The notes under the pieces: generated by a model
Told to the model about the DNA's origin: nothing
Seen by the model: the letters and a program-made list of their open reading frames with translations, nothing else
The model's database searches: none
Assembly: GCA_037190965.1 (NCBI GenBank)
Contig: JBBCKI010000073.1
Location: forward strand, 1 to 40,053
Source of the DNA: Chthoniobacteraceae bacterium
Lineage (GTDB): Bacteria; Verrucomicrobiota; Verrucomicrobiia; Chthoniobacterales; Chthoniobacteraceae
DNA: 40,053 bases
Reading direction: 5' to 3'
In this document: positions 8,795 through 18,734 of the stretch, piece after piece
How the letters are laid out: each line of letters begins with the position of its first letter
Position numbering within the stretch: the first letter of the stretch is position 1
Program-made: the position numbers and the translations under genes

Positions 8795-9711
8795 GCTCGG
8801 TAGCGGGAAAGGGAAAGGGTTGCGATGCGTTCGCAGAGTTGCGGGAAAGAAATGCCGATCGCGGCGGCCGCCTCAGGCAGCAGGCTGGCGCGGGTCATGC
8901 CGGGGATGGTGTTGATTTCAAGCACCACGGCGGAACCATCCTCGCGCAACAGGAAATCGACGCGGGAATAAACCTCCAGCCCGAGCGCACGATGCGCGGC
9001 AAGCGCGGTTTCCTGCAAACGACGCGTGGTCGCTTCATCGAGCGGCGCAGGGCAAAGATGATCCGCCGCGCCACCCGCCTTGGGATCGAGGAACGGGTAT
9101 TTATTGGCGAAATCGTAGAACCCCTGGTGAGGGCGGATCTCGATGATCGGCAACGCCTGATCGCCCAGCACCCCGACGGTCAGTTCGCGCCCCGGGACAA
9201 ATTCCTCCACTAGCAGTTCCCCATAACGCGCGGCTTCAGCCACGGCAGGCGCGACCTCCTCGGGCGTCTTGACGATGAAGATACCGACACTGGAACCCTC
9301 CTTCGGAGCCTTGATGACGTAAGGCAGCGGCAACGAGGGAGTCTCTCCCGCGCGCACGACTTCGTATTTGGCGGTGGGGATCCCGGCGTCCACAAAACGG
9401 CGTTTGCTGAGCACCTTGTCGAAGGCGAGTTCGCTGCCCCTGACTCCTTCGCCCGTGTAGCGGATGCCGCGCCCGTCGAGTTCGCGCTGGAGCGCGCCGT
9501 CTTCCCCGTAGGTGCCGTGAATGTTGTTGAACGCGAGGTCGATCCCGGGCGGCAGTTCAAACCCCGGCCCGGTCACGTCGATTTCGATTACCTCCGCCGC
9601 CAGCCCGCGCAATGCCTCGGCGACCGCCGGGGCGGACGCGAGCGAGACCGGCCTCTCGGATCCGGGGCCGCCTTTAAGGACTGCAATGCGCTGTTGGGCA
9701 AGTTCGCTCAT
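8791..9711 (-). CDS. ddl: D-alanine--D-alanine ligase
   Basis: GG..SER.VSL.S, HGTYGEDG, EGSSVG, FYDFANKY, LEINTIPGMT..SLLP. Confidence 0.96.
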   Translation of the reverse strand: MSELAQQRIAVLKGGPGSERPVSLASAPAVAEALRGLAAEVIEIDVTGPGFELPPGIDLAFNNIHGTYGEDGALQRELDGRGIRYTGEGVRGSELAFDKVLSKRRFVDAGIPTAKYEVVRAGETPSLPLPYVIKAPKEGSSVGIFIVKTPEEVAPAVAEAARYGELLVEEFVPGRELTVGVLGDQALPIIEIRPHQGFYDFANKYPFLDPKAGGAADHLCPAPLDEATTRRLQETALAAHRALGLEVYSRVDFLLREDGSAVVLEINTIPGMTRASLLPEAAAAIGISFPQLCERIATLSLSRYRA

Positions 9712-12008
9712 AAAAAAGATTCCGACTGACCGATGATCTGCACCTCCGTCTCCAGGGTGATCCCCCGGGCATCGAGCGCGGCGGCCTTGACCCGGTCGAT
9801 CAACTCCAAAACTTCGGCAGCCGTCGCGCCGCCATCGTTGACGATAAAATTCCCGTGGATCTCGGAGACGCGAGCGCCACCGACCCGGCTGTTCTTGAGC
9901 GCAAGCTCATCGACGAGCTTGCCCGCCGGGCAGGGGGCCGGATTCTTGAAGATGCAACCCGCGCTTGATTCCCGGGGCTGGCTGGAACGCCGTTTCTGCA
10001 TCGATTCATCGAGCAGGCGCGCAATCTCCTCGGGCGAGCGGACTTTCCCTTCGAACGTCGCCGAAAGCACGTACTGGGTCTTGAGATCGGGCACGTTGCG
10101 GTAATGCACCTCCAGTTCGGCGGGAGTCTTCGTCAGAATATTCCCCTCCCCATCGGTGACCCGCAGGGACACCACATGGTCGAACGTCTCGTACCCCATC
10201 GCGCCCGCGTTCATGCGCAACCCGCCGCCGACACTGCCGGGGATCCCCTCCATCCACTCCAGACCGCCGATGCCCGCGGCCCGCGCGGTCATCGCGACTT
10301 CCTTGAACTTCACGCCCGCCCCGGCGGTGATCCTGAGCCCGTCGTAGGAAATCTGGCGGAACTCTCCGCGCGAAGGCCGCACGACCACTCCGGCGATGCC
10401 ACCGTCGCGAATCAACAGATTGGAGCCACGTCCAATCACCGTCAGTGGAATCCCCTCCTGACGGCAGTAAGCCGCGAGCCGGGCGAAGCCGGATTCCGTC
10501 TCGGGCTCCGCCCAGAACTGCGCGGGACCACCGACGCGCAGCGTGGTGTGCTTGGCCAACGGCTCGTAGAGGCGCACCGCCCCCTCGCCCATCGCCGCCT
10601 GCAAGGCATCGACGCGCGCGAGATCACGGGCAAGAATCGCCCCCAACTCGTGAATATCCCCTGCCCCGAGGCTCAGGATGCAATCGCCGGATTCCAGCAA
10701 CCGCCCCGCTTCGAGCACGAGCGCCTTGCGGTCGGGCTGATAGTGCGCGCCCTGGTGGCCATGGGCGACCATCGCGTCCACGATCGTCTGCCCGCTGACC
10801 CCCGCGATGGGCGGCTCGCTGGCGGGATACACATCGGTGAGAAACACCAGCGCGGCGTCATCGAACGCCTTGCCGAATTCCTCTTTGAGCGCGAGCGTCC
10901 GCGTGTAACGGTGCGGCTGGAACAGGCCGACCACCCGCTTGCGCCCGCTGGCGCGCGCCGTGGCCAGCGTGGCCTTCAATTCGCTGGGGTGATGCGCGTA
11001 GTCATCGACCACCAAAAAAGCATTACTGCGGTATTTGATTTCAAAACGCCGCCGCGCCCCCCGGAACGAGGCAAGCCCCTCGGCGATCGCTTCAAACGGC
11101 ACGCCGATCTCCGACGCCAGCGCAATGACGCTCAAGGCATTGCTCGCATTGTGACGTCCCGGCACGTTGAGAAGCAGATCCCCGAGCTTTTCGCTCCGGC
11201 GGAAGACTTCGAACCGGGATTGAAAATCGGCCACGCGCAGATTGGCCAGGCGGTAATCGGCTCCATCGGCTTCACCATACGAAACCGTGCGCGCCTGGCC
11301 GGAGCAAAGGCGGGTGGCATGGAAGTCGTCCGCGCAATAGACCAGCATGCCTCGCGTCTGCCCGATCAGCTTGTTAAAAACAGCGTCGATGGCTTCGAGG
11401 TTCTCGTAATAATCGAGGTGCTCCTCTTCAATGTTGAGAATCACGGCGTGCTCGACATGGTAGTTGGCCAGCGTGCCGTCGCTCTCGTCGCCCTCGGCGA
11501 CAAAGTATTCGCCCTCGTTATCCCAATGCGCGTTGGTCCCGAGAATCGGGATCTCCGCGCCGACGTAATGGGAGGGCTTCACCCCGCCCACACGGAGCAC
11601 ATGCGCCATCATGGAAGAGGTGGTCGTCTTGCCGTGCATCCCCGCCACGATGATTCCCCGTTTGCCGTGCATGATCGCCGCCAGGGCGTCGGCCCGGCGC
11701 ACCATGCTGATCCCAAGCCGCACCGTCTCGTCGTATTCCACATTCCCCGGCCGGATGGCGGAGGAAAAGATCACCAGGTCGGCATCCCGGACGTTCACGG
11801 CCTCCTGGGGCTGGTGAAAATCGAGCCCCAGCGCCCGGAGCCGGTTGGTCTCCACGGTGCTGACCTTATCCGAGCCGGAGACACGGTGACCCAAAGCCAG
11901 CAGCAAGCCGGCAAGGCCGCTCATGCCCGAGCCGGCCACGCCGATCAGGTGGATGCGGAGTTCTCCGCCCACCAAAATTTCTGCCAAAATCTGGCTGGTA
12001 TCCCTCAT
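9708..12008 (-). CDS. murC-murB: Fused MurC (UDP-MurNAc--L-Ala ligase) + MurB (UDP-N-acetylenolpyruvoylglucosamine reductase)
   Basis: N-part IHLIGVAGSGMSGLA, GMHGKTTT, EGDESDG, DDYAHHPSE, FQPHRYTR; C-part HTTLRVGGPA, GRGSNLL, GIPGSVGG..RMNAGA, SAGCIFKNP, HGNFIVN; single 766-aa frame. Confidence 0.95.
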   Translation of the reverse strand: MRDTSQILAEILVGGELRIHLIGVAGSGMSGLAGLLLALGHRVSGSDKVSTVETNRLRALGLDFHQPQEAVNVRDADLVIFSSAIRPGNVEYDETVRLGISMVRRADALAAIMHGKRGIIVAGMHGKTTTSSMMAHVLRVGGVKPSHYVGAEIPILGTNAHWDNEGEYFVAEGDESDGTLANYHVEHAVILNIEEEHLDYYENLEAIDAVFNKLIGQTRGMLVYCADDFHATRLCSGQARTVSYGEADGADYRLANLRVADFQSRFEVFRRSEKLGDLLLNVPGRHNASNALSVIALASEIGVPFEAIAEGLASFRGARRRFEIKYRSNAFLVVDDYAHHPSELKATLATARASGRKRVVGLFQPHRYTRTLALKEEFGKAFDDAALVFLTDVYPASEPPIAGVSGQTIVDAMVAHGHQGAHYQPDRKALVLEAGRLLESGDCILSLGAGDIHELGAILARDLARVDALQAAMGEGAVRLYEPLAKHTTLRVGGPAQFWAEPETESGFARLAAYCRQEGIPLTVIGRGSNLLIRDGGIAGVVVRPSRGEFRQISYDGLRITAGAGVKFKEVAMTARAAGIGGLEWMEGIPGSVGGGLRMNAGAMGYETFDHVVSLRVTDGEGNILTKTPAELEVHYRNVPDLKTQYVLSATFEGKVRSPEEIARLLDESMQKRRSSQPRESSAGCIFKNPAPCPAGKLVDELALKNSRVGGARVSEIHGNFIVNDGGATAAEVLELIDRVKAAALDARGITLETEVQIIGQSESFL

Positions 12009-12020
12009 TCAAAAAGCGTC

Positions 12021-13124
12021 TTAAAAAGATCGTTTCAGTTTCTCACTAATCTGCTCAACCATCGTCGCCACACGCTCCGCAGCATCGTCGGGAAGCAGGC
12101 CACGGCAGCGTCCCGCCATGGTCTGAAGCTGCCCGGAATCGCCGGTAAGATTTCGAATCACCGCCGAGAGAGTTTCGCCCGTTGTATCAGCCTCTTTCAA
12201 TAGCGTGGCAGCCCCCGCCCGCGCAAATATTTCCGCATTAAGTTGCTGGTGATTTTCTGCCGCATAAGGGTACGGGATCAAAATGGAGGGCAACCCGAAG
12301 TGGGCAATCTCCGCGAGGCTTGCCGCGCCCGACCGGGCAATGACGAGGTCGGCGGCGCTGTAGGCGGCCTCCATGTTGTGACAAAACGGCGCGACATGCG
12401 CGGGAAGGGACGCTTTGTGATAAGCCGCCTTCATTTCCTCCACTCCCTCAGCACCCGTCAGGTGGATAAACTGATGTTTACCGCCAGAAAGACGGGGCAG
12501 CGCGTCACGGACGGCTTCGTTGATCCCCCGGGCCCCCTGGCTCCCACCCATTACCAGCACGGTGCGCCGGTCGGGCGTAAGCCCGAAAATCCCCAGAGCC
12601 CGATCCCGGGGCACCCGGTTCAGGAGCGAACGGCGAATCGGCGTCCCCGTCAACTCGCAGCGCGCGGAGCGGAAGTGACGACGACACTCGCCAAACCCGA
12701 GCAGCACCCAATCGGTCAGCCTCGCATTGAGACGGTTGGCCTTGCCGGGGATGGCGTTGGACTCATGCACGAACGTCGGGATGCCCCGCAGCTTCCCCGC
12801 GAGGATCGGCGGCGTGGAAGTAAAGCCGCCCATTCCAAGCACGGCGTCCGGCTTGAACTCGGCAAAAATCTTGCGGCATGGCTTGAGGCTCGCGTTGAAC
12901 TTCGAAAGGAATGTGAAAATGGCGGGCGAGAAGAGCTTGGGCATCCCGACGCTCGGAAGCTTTTCGAAGCGGAAGTCGCTCCGTCCCTTGATGGCGAGGG
13001 CATCCACCTCTTTTTCGGAGATGAAGATCAGGACTTCGTGCCCACGCTCCTTGAGCACTTCGCCCACGGCGAGCGCCGGAAACAAGTGTCCTCCCGTTCC
13101 CCCTCCTGCAATTGCAACTCTCAT
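12021..13124 (-). CDS. murG: Undecaprenyl-PP-MurNAc-pentapeptide GlcNAc transferase MurG
   Basis: GGGTGGHLFPALA, HESNAIPG.AN, GGSQGA, RSGAASLAE, HQ..NA. Confidence 0.97.
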   Translation of the reverse strand: MRVAIAGGGTGGHLFPALAVGEVLKERGHEVLIFISEKEVDALAIKGRSDFRFEKLPSVGMPKLFSPAIFTFLSKFNASLKPCRKIFAEFKPDAVLGMGGFTSTPPILAGKLRGIPTFVHESNAIPGKANRLNARLTDWVLLGFGECRRHFRSARCELTGTPIRRSLLNRVPRDRALGIFGLTPDRRTVLVMGGSQGARGINEAVRDALPRLSGGKHQFIHLTGAEGVEEMKAAYHKASLPAHVAPFCHNMEAAYSAADLVIARSGAASLAEIAHFGLPSILIPYPYAAENHQQLNAEIFARAGAATLLKEADTTGETLSAVIRNLTGDSGQLQTMAGRCRGLLPDDAAERVATMVEQISEKLKRSF

Positions 13125-13146
13125 ACTAGACTATGTCAGATCTATG

Positions 13147-14280
13147 TCAGATTCTCGGCGTGACTCGCGTCGGGATTCTCACCGCCGTTTTGACGGTGTG
13201 TTCGCTATCTCCCTGCCGGTAAATGTTGATCAGGATGCCGGCGGCCAGCATCGAAAACAAAAGGCTCGATCCCCCGTAGCTGATAAACGGCAGCGCGATC
13301 CCCTTGTTGGGCAGCAGCGCGGTCGTTACCCCGATATTGAGGGCGGCCTGAATCCCCATCATCACCACCAGGGCGAAGCTGAAGAGCGCGCCGAAGCGGT
13401 CGCGGGCATTCATCGCGATGGAGATGCCGCAAATGATCATCGCAATGTAGCAAAAGACCACCATCAGGGTGAAAACGAGGCCAAGCTCCTCGCCGATCAT
13501 CGGGAAAATAAAGTCGGTGTGGGCAAACGGGAGGTACTGCATTTTCTGCCGCCCGTTCCCAAGCCCGAGGCCCCAGAAGCCCCCGGAGGCCAATGCGATC
13601 AAGGCTTCATACTGCTGGTAACCGCTGCCGCTCTTGTGCAATTCGAGATCCATGAACGCCGTCAGGCGGCTGAGCCTTTGCGGCATGCTGATGGCGATGA
13701 ACGCCAGCCCCCCAAGTCCTCCGCCCACCAGCAGCATCAGGTGAGCCAGCCGCGTTCCGGCGACAAACATGGTCGCCGTGGCCGTCGCTCCGATGAGCGC
13801 GGTCGTGCCGAGATCGACTTCGCAAGCGATCAAGGCCATAAGGATGCCGATGATGGCCAGCGGGTAAACAAACCCCTCCAGAAAACCCCGGGTCGTCTTC
13901 GCCGGGCGTTCCGCAAACCAGGTTGCAAGAAAGGCCACGGCTGCCACCTTTCCGATCTCGGACGGCTGGAAGGAGAAACCGGCGATCTTGATCCAGCGAT
14001 GAGAACCGTTGATCTCGGGAAACAGGAAGCAGGCTGCAAGGAGCACCACCGCCGCGCCGAAGATCCATTTCCAATACGTCTGCCAGAGATGATAGTCCGT
14101 GCAGGCCGCCACGATACACGCCACCACCCCGATACTGAACCACATCGCCTGCCGCTGGACGAAGTAGAAGGGATTGCCATGCGCATCGGTGGCAAACGCA
14201 CCGGTGCTGAACAACATTACGATGCCGAGCACCAGCATGATGACGATGGACAGGACAAACCCTATGACAGTCTTTCTCAT
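13147..14280 (-). CDS. ftsW: SEDS-family peptidoglycan glycosyltransferase FtsW
   Basis: INGSHRWI, FQPSE..K, GYQ...ALIALASGG..GLGLG, LPFAHTDFIF..IGEELG, LPFISYGGSS. Confidence 0.96.
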   Translation of the reverse strand: MRKTVIGFVLSIVIMLVLGIVMLFSTGAFATDAHGNPFYFVQRQAMWFSIGVVACIVAACTDYHLWQTYWKWIFGAAVVLLAACFLFPEINGSHRWIKIAGFSFQPSEIGKVAAVAFLATWFAERPAKTTRGFLEGFVYPLAIIGILMALIACEVDLGTTALIGATATATMFVAGTRLAHLMLLVGGGLGGLAFIAISMPQRLSRLTAFMDLELHKSGSGYQQYEALIALASGGFWGLGLGNGRQKMQYLPFAHTDFIFPMIGEELGLVFTLMVVFCYIAMIICGISIAMNARDRFGALFSFALVVMMGIQAALNIGVTTALLPNKGIALPFISYGGSSLLFSMLAAGILINIYRQGDSEHTVKTAVRIPTRVTPRI

Positions 14281-14312
14281 TCCGACGGGCTTGGCTATTT
14301 AATCTACTTAAT

Positions 14313-14870
14313 CTATTTGGCCTTTGCGGGGATATGCAGCTTCTGGCCGGGTCTCAGTTTGCGCGGGTCGTCGATCTTGTTGAGCTTGAGCAGATCCTCG
14401 TAATTCACACCGAGCTTCTTCGCGATCGCCACGGGGTTCTCTCCCTTGACCACCGTATGCACCTCGCCGGAATCCCGGACCACATCGGACACAGGCGCCG
14501 TGGAAACCCTGCGGACTTCCGGAGCATGGGCAACCGCCGCCACTGCCGGGGCCGGAGCCGCGATCTCGCGGGCCGCCACGGGAGGTGCTGCCTGTTTTGC
14601 AGCGGCAGCCATCGTCGTGGTTGTCGCCGTCTCCTGGCCGACAAGCCTGGCCGTCTCCTCAGCCGGGGTGGCGGTACGGTGAACCTTGACCTTCTCGAAG
14701 GTGATGATGCCGCCGATCGCAACGAGGTGCAGCAGCACCACGACTACGAAGGCGCTGGAGAGCCGCATCGTCGGCTCCTCCTCTTCATCCTCAATGGCCC
14801 GCGAAGCGGGTGCCCGGCGCACGGCGGTGGCCCTTAGTTTCCGTTTGGGGATCATCTGACGCAGTTTCAT
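14313..14870 (-). CDS. Single-pass membrane protein with C-terminal LysM domain (dcw-embedded)
   Basis: TM SSAFVVVVLLHLVAIGGIITF, Ala/Pro linker, HTVVKGENPVAIAKKLGV...LLKLNKIDDPRKLRPGQKLHIP LysM; start taken at ATG 14870 just after murD. Confidence 0.9.
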   Translation of the reverse strand: MKLRQMIPKRKLRATAVRRAPASRAIEDEEEEPTMRLSSAFVVVVLLHLVAIGGIITFEKVKVHRTATPAEETARLVGQETATTTTMAAAAKQAAPPVAAREIAAPAPAVAAVAHAPEVRRVSTAPVSDVVRDSGEVHTVVKGENPVAIAKKLGVNYEDLLKLNKIDDPRKLRPGQKLHIPAKAK

Positions 14871-14890
14871 AGGGTGCTGGTATTGAAAAA

Positions 14891-16219
14891 TTAGAGGGCT
14901 TGAACGAGTTGGCGGAACTGGTCGCCGCGATCGGCGTAGCTTTTGAACATGTCGAAGGAAGAGGTGCCCGGCGAGAGAAGGACAATATCCCCGGCGATGG
15001 CTTTCCCGCGCGCAAGCCGCACGGCGTCGGCCAGATCCGCCGCGCGGATGCACGGAATCTGCGATCCCCAACTCCCGGCAATGCGTCCGGCCATTTCGCC
15101 GATCAGCACGACGCAACGCGTCCTGGAAGCCACGAGGCCGGTGAGCGTATCGAACTCGAACCCCTTGTCTTTCCCGCCCGCGATGAGCACCACAGGGCGA
15201 GACTCGGAAAGGAGCGCCTTCTCAAGCGCGTCGAGATTGGTCGCCTTGGAGTCGTTGACGTAATCGACGCCATCGAGCGTGCGGACCAGCTCGCAACGAT
15301 GCGGCAGCGGCTCGTAGGTCGAGAGCGCCTGGAGCATCGGCTCGAAGGCAAGCCCCTTTGCCGCGCCGACGGCAAGCGCCGCCATGAGGTTCTCGGCATT
15401 ATGGAGACCTCGCAGCCGCGTCTCCGCAAGGCGCAGCACCGGCTGGCCGTGGAAATGAATCACCCCGTCGCGCAGGTCGAGATCGCCCCCACGCTCGTAG
15501 GCGCTGAAGGTGATGGTGCGCGCCTTGAGCGGCGGCAGCTTGCTCCCATATTTGACGATGGCGAAGTCGCTCTCACGCTGGTTCTCGAAGATCCGGAGCT
15601 TGGCCGCGTAATACTCCTCCATGGAAGCATAGCGATCGAGGTGATCGGCCTCGAAGTTCAGCCAGACGGCGACGTCCGGGCGAAAATCGACGATCGCCTC
15701 AAGCTGGAACGAACTGACCTCCAGGGTCATCACGTCGAGGTTGCGGCTCTCGCCAACACGGGCCGCGAACGCCGGGCCGATGTTCCCCGCCGCAAGGCTC
15801 CGCATCCCGCAGGCGTTGAACATCCGCTCCACGAGTTGCGTGGTGGTGGTCTTGCCATTGGTGCCGGTGATCGCCACGACAGGGCAGGCACACAGTGAAT
15901 AGGAAAGCTCCAACTCGCCGATCAACGGCTTGCCGGGGTTGGTGGCTACAAAATTGCGAACCAGCGGCACGGCGGGATCGATCCCCGGGCTCAGCACGGC
16001 GAGATCGTAGTCACCGCAGGGGGCTTCGGCGCCCGACCCCAAAAGGACTTCGATCCCCTCCCCCCGAAGCCGATCGGCGGAAGTGCGCAGGGAATCGCTC
16101 TCGCCGCTGTCGAGCACGCTCACCCGGGCTCCCTCCGCCAAAAGCAGACGGGCAGCCGCCTGGCCACTGGAACCAAGCCCGAGCACCGCGATCTTTTTGG
16201 ATGTGTAGGAAGCAGGCAT
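14891..16219 (-). CDS. murD: UDP-MurNAc-L-Ala--D-Glu ligase MurD
   Basis: VLGLGSSG, SPGI, ITGTNGKTTT, LEVSSFQLE, DHLDRY, NDSKATN, LLSPGTSSFDMF..Y..RG. Confidence 0.97.
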   Translation of the reverse strand: MPASYTSKKIAVLGLGSSGQAAARLLLAEGARVSVLDSGESDSLRTSADRLRGEGIEVLLGSGAEAPCGDYDLAVLSPGIDPAVPLVRNFVATNPGKPLIGELELSYSLCACPVVAITGTNGKTTTTQLVERMFNACGMRSLAAGNIGPAFAARVGESRNLDVMTLEVSSFQLEAIVDFRPDVAVWLNFEADHLDRYASMEEYYAAKLRIFENQRESDFAIVKYGSKLPPLKARTITFSAYERGGDLDLRDGVIHFHGQPVLRLAETRLRGLHNAENLMAALAVGAAKGLAFEPMLQALSTYEPLPHRCELVRTLDGVDYVNDSKATNLDALEKALLSESRPVVLIAGGKDKGFEFDTLTGLVASRTRCVVLIGEMAGRIAGSWGSQIPCIRAADLADAVRLARGKAIAGDIVLLSPGTSSFDMFKSYADRGDQFRQLVQAL

Positions 16220-17320
16220 TTAGCGAAGTTTCAAAGTCGCCATACCGAGGCAGGCGAACATGAGGGAGAGAATCCAGAAACGAACGATGACGGTATTTTC
16301 CTTCCACCCCATCAACTCAAAGTGATGGTGAATGGGCGACATGCGGAAAATCCGCTTGCCGGTCAGCTTGAAGCTGAGCACCTGAAGGATGACCGAAAGC
16401 GCCTCGATGACGAAGATCCCGCCGACGACCAGCAGCAGCAACTCCTGCTTGGTGCAGATGGCAACAACCCCGAGGACGCCGCCAATGGCGAGCGCGCCGG
16501 TGTCGCCCATGAAGACGCGCGCCGGGTGGCAGTTGAACCAAAGAAAGCCCATCCCCGCGCCCACCAGCGCCATGCATAGCACGGTCAACTCGCCCGCCTG
16601 CGCGTAGAACGGGATCTGGAGATAAGTGGCGACCTTGGCATTGCCCGCCGCGTAGGCGAGGATCGCATAGGCAAAGGCGGAGGTGATGGTGCAGCCGGTG
16701 GCGAGCCCGTCGAGCCCGTCCGTCAAGTTGACCGCATTGGAAGTTCCCACGACGACCAGCGCGAAGAAGAAGAAGGTAAAGAGCCCCAGGTTAGCAACCA
16801 GCGGCTCCTTGTAGAACGGCACGAAAAGTTCGCGCGCCTGCACCTGCAACGCCGGGTTGAGCAGGAAGAAGGCGGTCACAATACCCGCAAGGGTAAACTG
16901 CGCCACCAGCTTGAGCCGCCCCGGGAGCCCGTCGGATTTCTTTTTCGCGACCTTCAGGTAGTCATCGATGAATCCGATGATTCCCAGCCAGAGCATGGAA
17001 AAGAGCGCCAGCCAGACGAACTGGTTGGTGGGCCTTGCCCACAGAATGGTGGAGACGGTCACGGCTCCGAGCAGGAGCACGCCGCCCATCGTCGGGGTGC
17101 CGCGCTTGCCGCCGTGCAGTTCCGCCAGTTTGTGCACCTCCTCCTTGGTGCGAATCGGTTGGCCGACTTTGAGCGAGATCAATTTGCGGATCACGCGATT
17201 ACCGAAGATCAGGCAGAGGAGAAAGGCCGTCATCGCCGCGCCGAGCGACCGGAACGTGATATACGTGAACACGTTGAGGCCGCCGAACTGATCGCTGAAG
17301 TTATGTAGATAGTAAAGCAC
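16220..17320 (-). CDS. mraY: Phospho-N-acetylmuramoyl-pentapeptide transferase MraY
   Basis: K.GTPTMGG, DDYLK, SNAVNLTDGLDGLA, FMGDTG, PIHHHFE; GTG start. Confidence 0.97.
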   Translation of the reverse strand: MLYYLHNFSDQFGGLNVFTYITFRSLGAAMTAFLLCLIFGNRVIRKLISLKVGQPIRTKEEVHKLAELHGGKRGTPTMGGVLLLGAVTVSTILWARPTNQFVWLALFSMLWLGIIGFIDDYLKVAKKKSDGLPGRLKLVAQFTLAGIVTAFFLLNPALQVQARELFVPFYKEPLVANLGLFTFFFFALVVVGTSNAVNLTDGLDGLATGCTITSAFAYAILAYAAGNAKVATYLQIPFYAQAGELTVLCMALVGAGMGFLWFNCHPARVFMGDTGALAIGGVLGVVAICTKQELLLLVVGGIFVIEALSVILQVLSFKLTGKRIFRMSPIHHHFELMGWKENTVIVRFWILSLMFACLGMATLKLR

Positions 17321-17331
17321 TCGGAAATCTT

Positions 17332-18732
17332 TCAGGAAGCGGGTTGCAGATCGGCAAAAGCGGAATGTTCGAGCACCCGCTCCATGCGAGCCGAACGGCT
17401 CCCTTTAAGGAGCACAAGATCGCCGGGACGCGCAAGCTCCGCAAGAAGCACGGCGGCGGCAGTGGTGTCGGAAACATGATGAACGGAGCCCAGGCCAGTT
17501 CCACGCGCGGCATCCGCGATCCAGTCCGCCTGCGCGCCGACCGCGATCAATGCGTCGATCTTCGCCTTGGCGGCGGCTTCGCCGACGGAACGGTGCCCCG
17601 CTTCGGCAGCCGCGCCCAGTTCCCCCATGCGCCCGAGCACGGCAATGCGCGCGCCCTTGGCAGGCATCGAAACGAGCGTCTTGAGAGCGGCGATCACCGA
17701 ATCAGGATTGGCGTTGTAACTATCGTCGAGAATGTGAATCCCCCGGATCTCCTTCTGCTCCAGGCGGCCCTTGGTAAGGCGGCTCTCTGCCAGCCCCGCC
17801 GCGCCTTCCGCGAGCGAGACCCCGAAAACCGTCCCCACCGCCAGCGCGAGCAGCGCGTTCTCCACCATATGCAAACCCGGCACCGGCAGATAGACCTCCG
17901 CCCCGGTCCCTTCCGCAATCACCTTGAATCGCGTTCCCTCGAAGCCCGTTTCCAGCACCTCGGCGCGCAACGCCACCGACTCATCGCCAGTGATCCCCGC
18001 AAGGAGAGTGGCCGCCCGGCTGCGCGCGGCGATGGATGCGCTGTAATCGTCGGCGGCGCTCAACACTAGCGATCCGCCTGCCGGAAGCGCTTCGGCCAGC
18101 ATCCCTTTTTCAAGGGCGATGGCGTCGCGGGTTCCCATGAACTCGATATGGGCCACGCCGATGTTAGTGATGATGGCGGCATCCGGCGCGGCGATGGCCG
18201 CAAGCGGCGCGATCTCTCCCGGATGGTTCATCCCCATCTCGAACACGCCGATCTCGTCGGCGCGGCTGGCGCGCAGGATCGTGAGCGGCAGGCCGATATG
18301 GTTGTTGAAATTCCCCTCCGTCTTCACGACGCGGTATTTCGCGCCGAGCACGGCGGCGGTGAAATCCTTGGTGCTCGTCTTGCCGCTGCTCCCCGTGATG
18401 CCAATGACGCGCAACGGCAGCGAGGCGCGGTACGCCTTCGCAATCGCCTGCAAGGCGGCAAGAGTATCGGCCACCCCAATCACGGTGAACGACTCCGGTA
18501 ACCCTTCGACCTCAAACCCCGTATCGACAATCGCCCCGGCGGCCCCCAGTGATGCCGCCTGCGCGACAAAAGCGTGGCCATCGAAGTTCTCCCCGCGCAA
18601 CGCGAGGAACAGATCGCCGGGCGCAAGAGCTCGCGAATCGGTGCAGACACGCGTGATCGTGCAGGCGGGATCGCCCTGCACCAGCGTGCCATTTGCCCAT
18701 TGGGCCAGAGTTTGGAAGGAAGTGGAATCCAT
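17332..18732 (-). CDS. murF: UDP-MurNAc-tripeptide--D-Ala-D-Ala ligase MurF
   Basis: TDSR, GENFDGH, ITGSSGKTSTK, GNFNNHIGLP, EMGMNHPGEI, DDSYNANP, KGSR. Confidence 0.96.
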   Translation of the reverse strand: MDSTSFQTLAQWANGTLVQGDPACTITRVCTDSRALAPGDLFLALRGENFDGHAFVAQAASLGAAGAIVDTGFEVEGLPESFTVIGVADTLAALQAIAKAYRASLPLRVIGITGSSGKTSTKDFTAAVLGAKYRVVKTEGNFNNHIGLPLTILRASRADEIGVFEMGMNHPGEIAPLAAIAAPDAAIITNIGVAHIEFMGTRDAIALEKGMLAEALPAGGSLVLSAADDYSASIAARSRAATLLAGITGDESVALRAEVLETGFEGTRFKVIAEGTGAEVYLPVPGLHMVENALLALAVGTVFGVSLAEGAAGLAESRLTKGRLEQKEIRGIHILDDSYNANPDSVIAALKTLVSMPAKGARIAVLGRMGELGAAAEAGHRSVGEAAAKAKIDALIAVGAQADWIADAARGTGLGSVHHVSDTTAAAVLLAELARPGDLVLLKGSRSARMERVLEHSAFADLQPAS

Positions 18733-18734
18733 GC

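Noticed and set aside
8791..9711. Ddl as a D-Ala-D-Lac (vancomycin-resistance) ligase
   Set aside because: The omega loop keeps KY (FYDFANKY) and the gene is in the core dcw position
10104..14403. Long plus-strand ORFs antisense to murC/B, murG and ftsW (699, 306, 558 aa), and similar ORFs opposite murE, ftsI and ftsA
   Set aside because: Shadow ORFs expected from high-GC codon bias; no recognisable motifs and they lie opposite conserved genes
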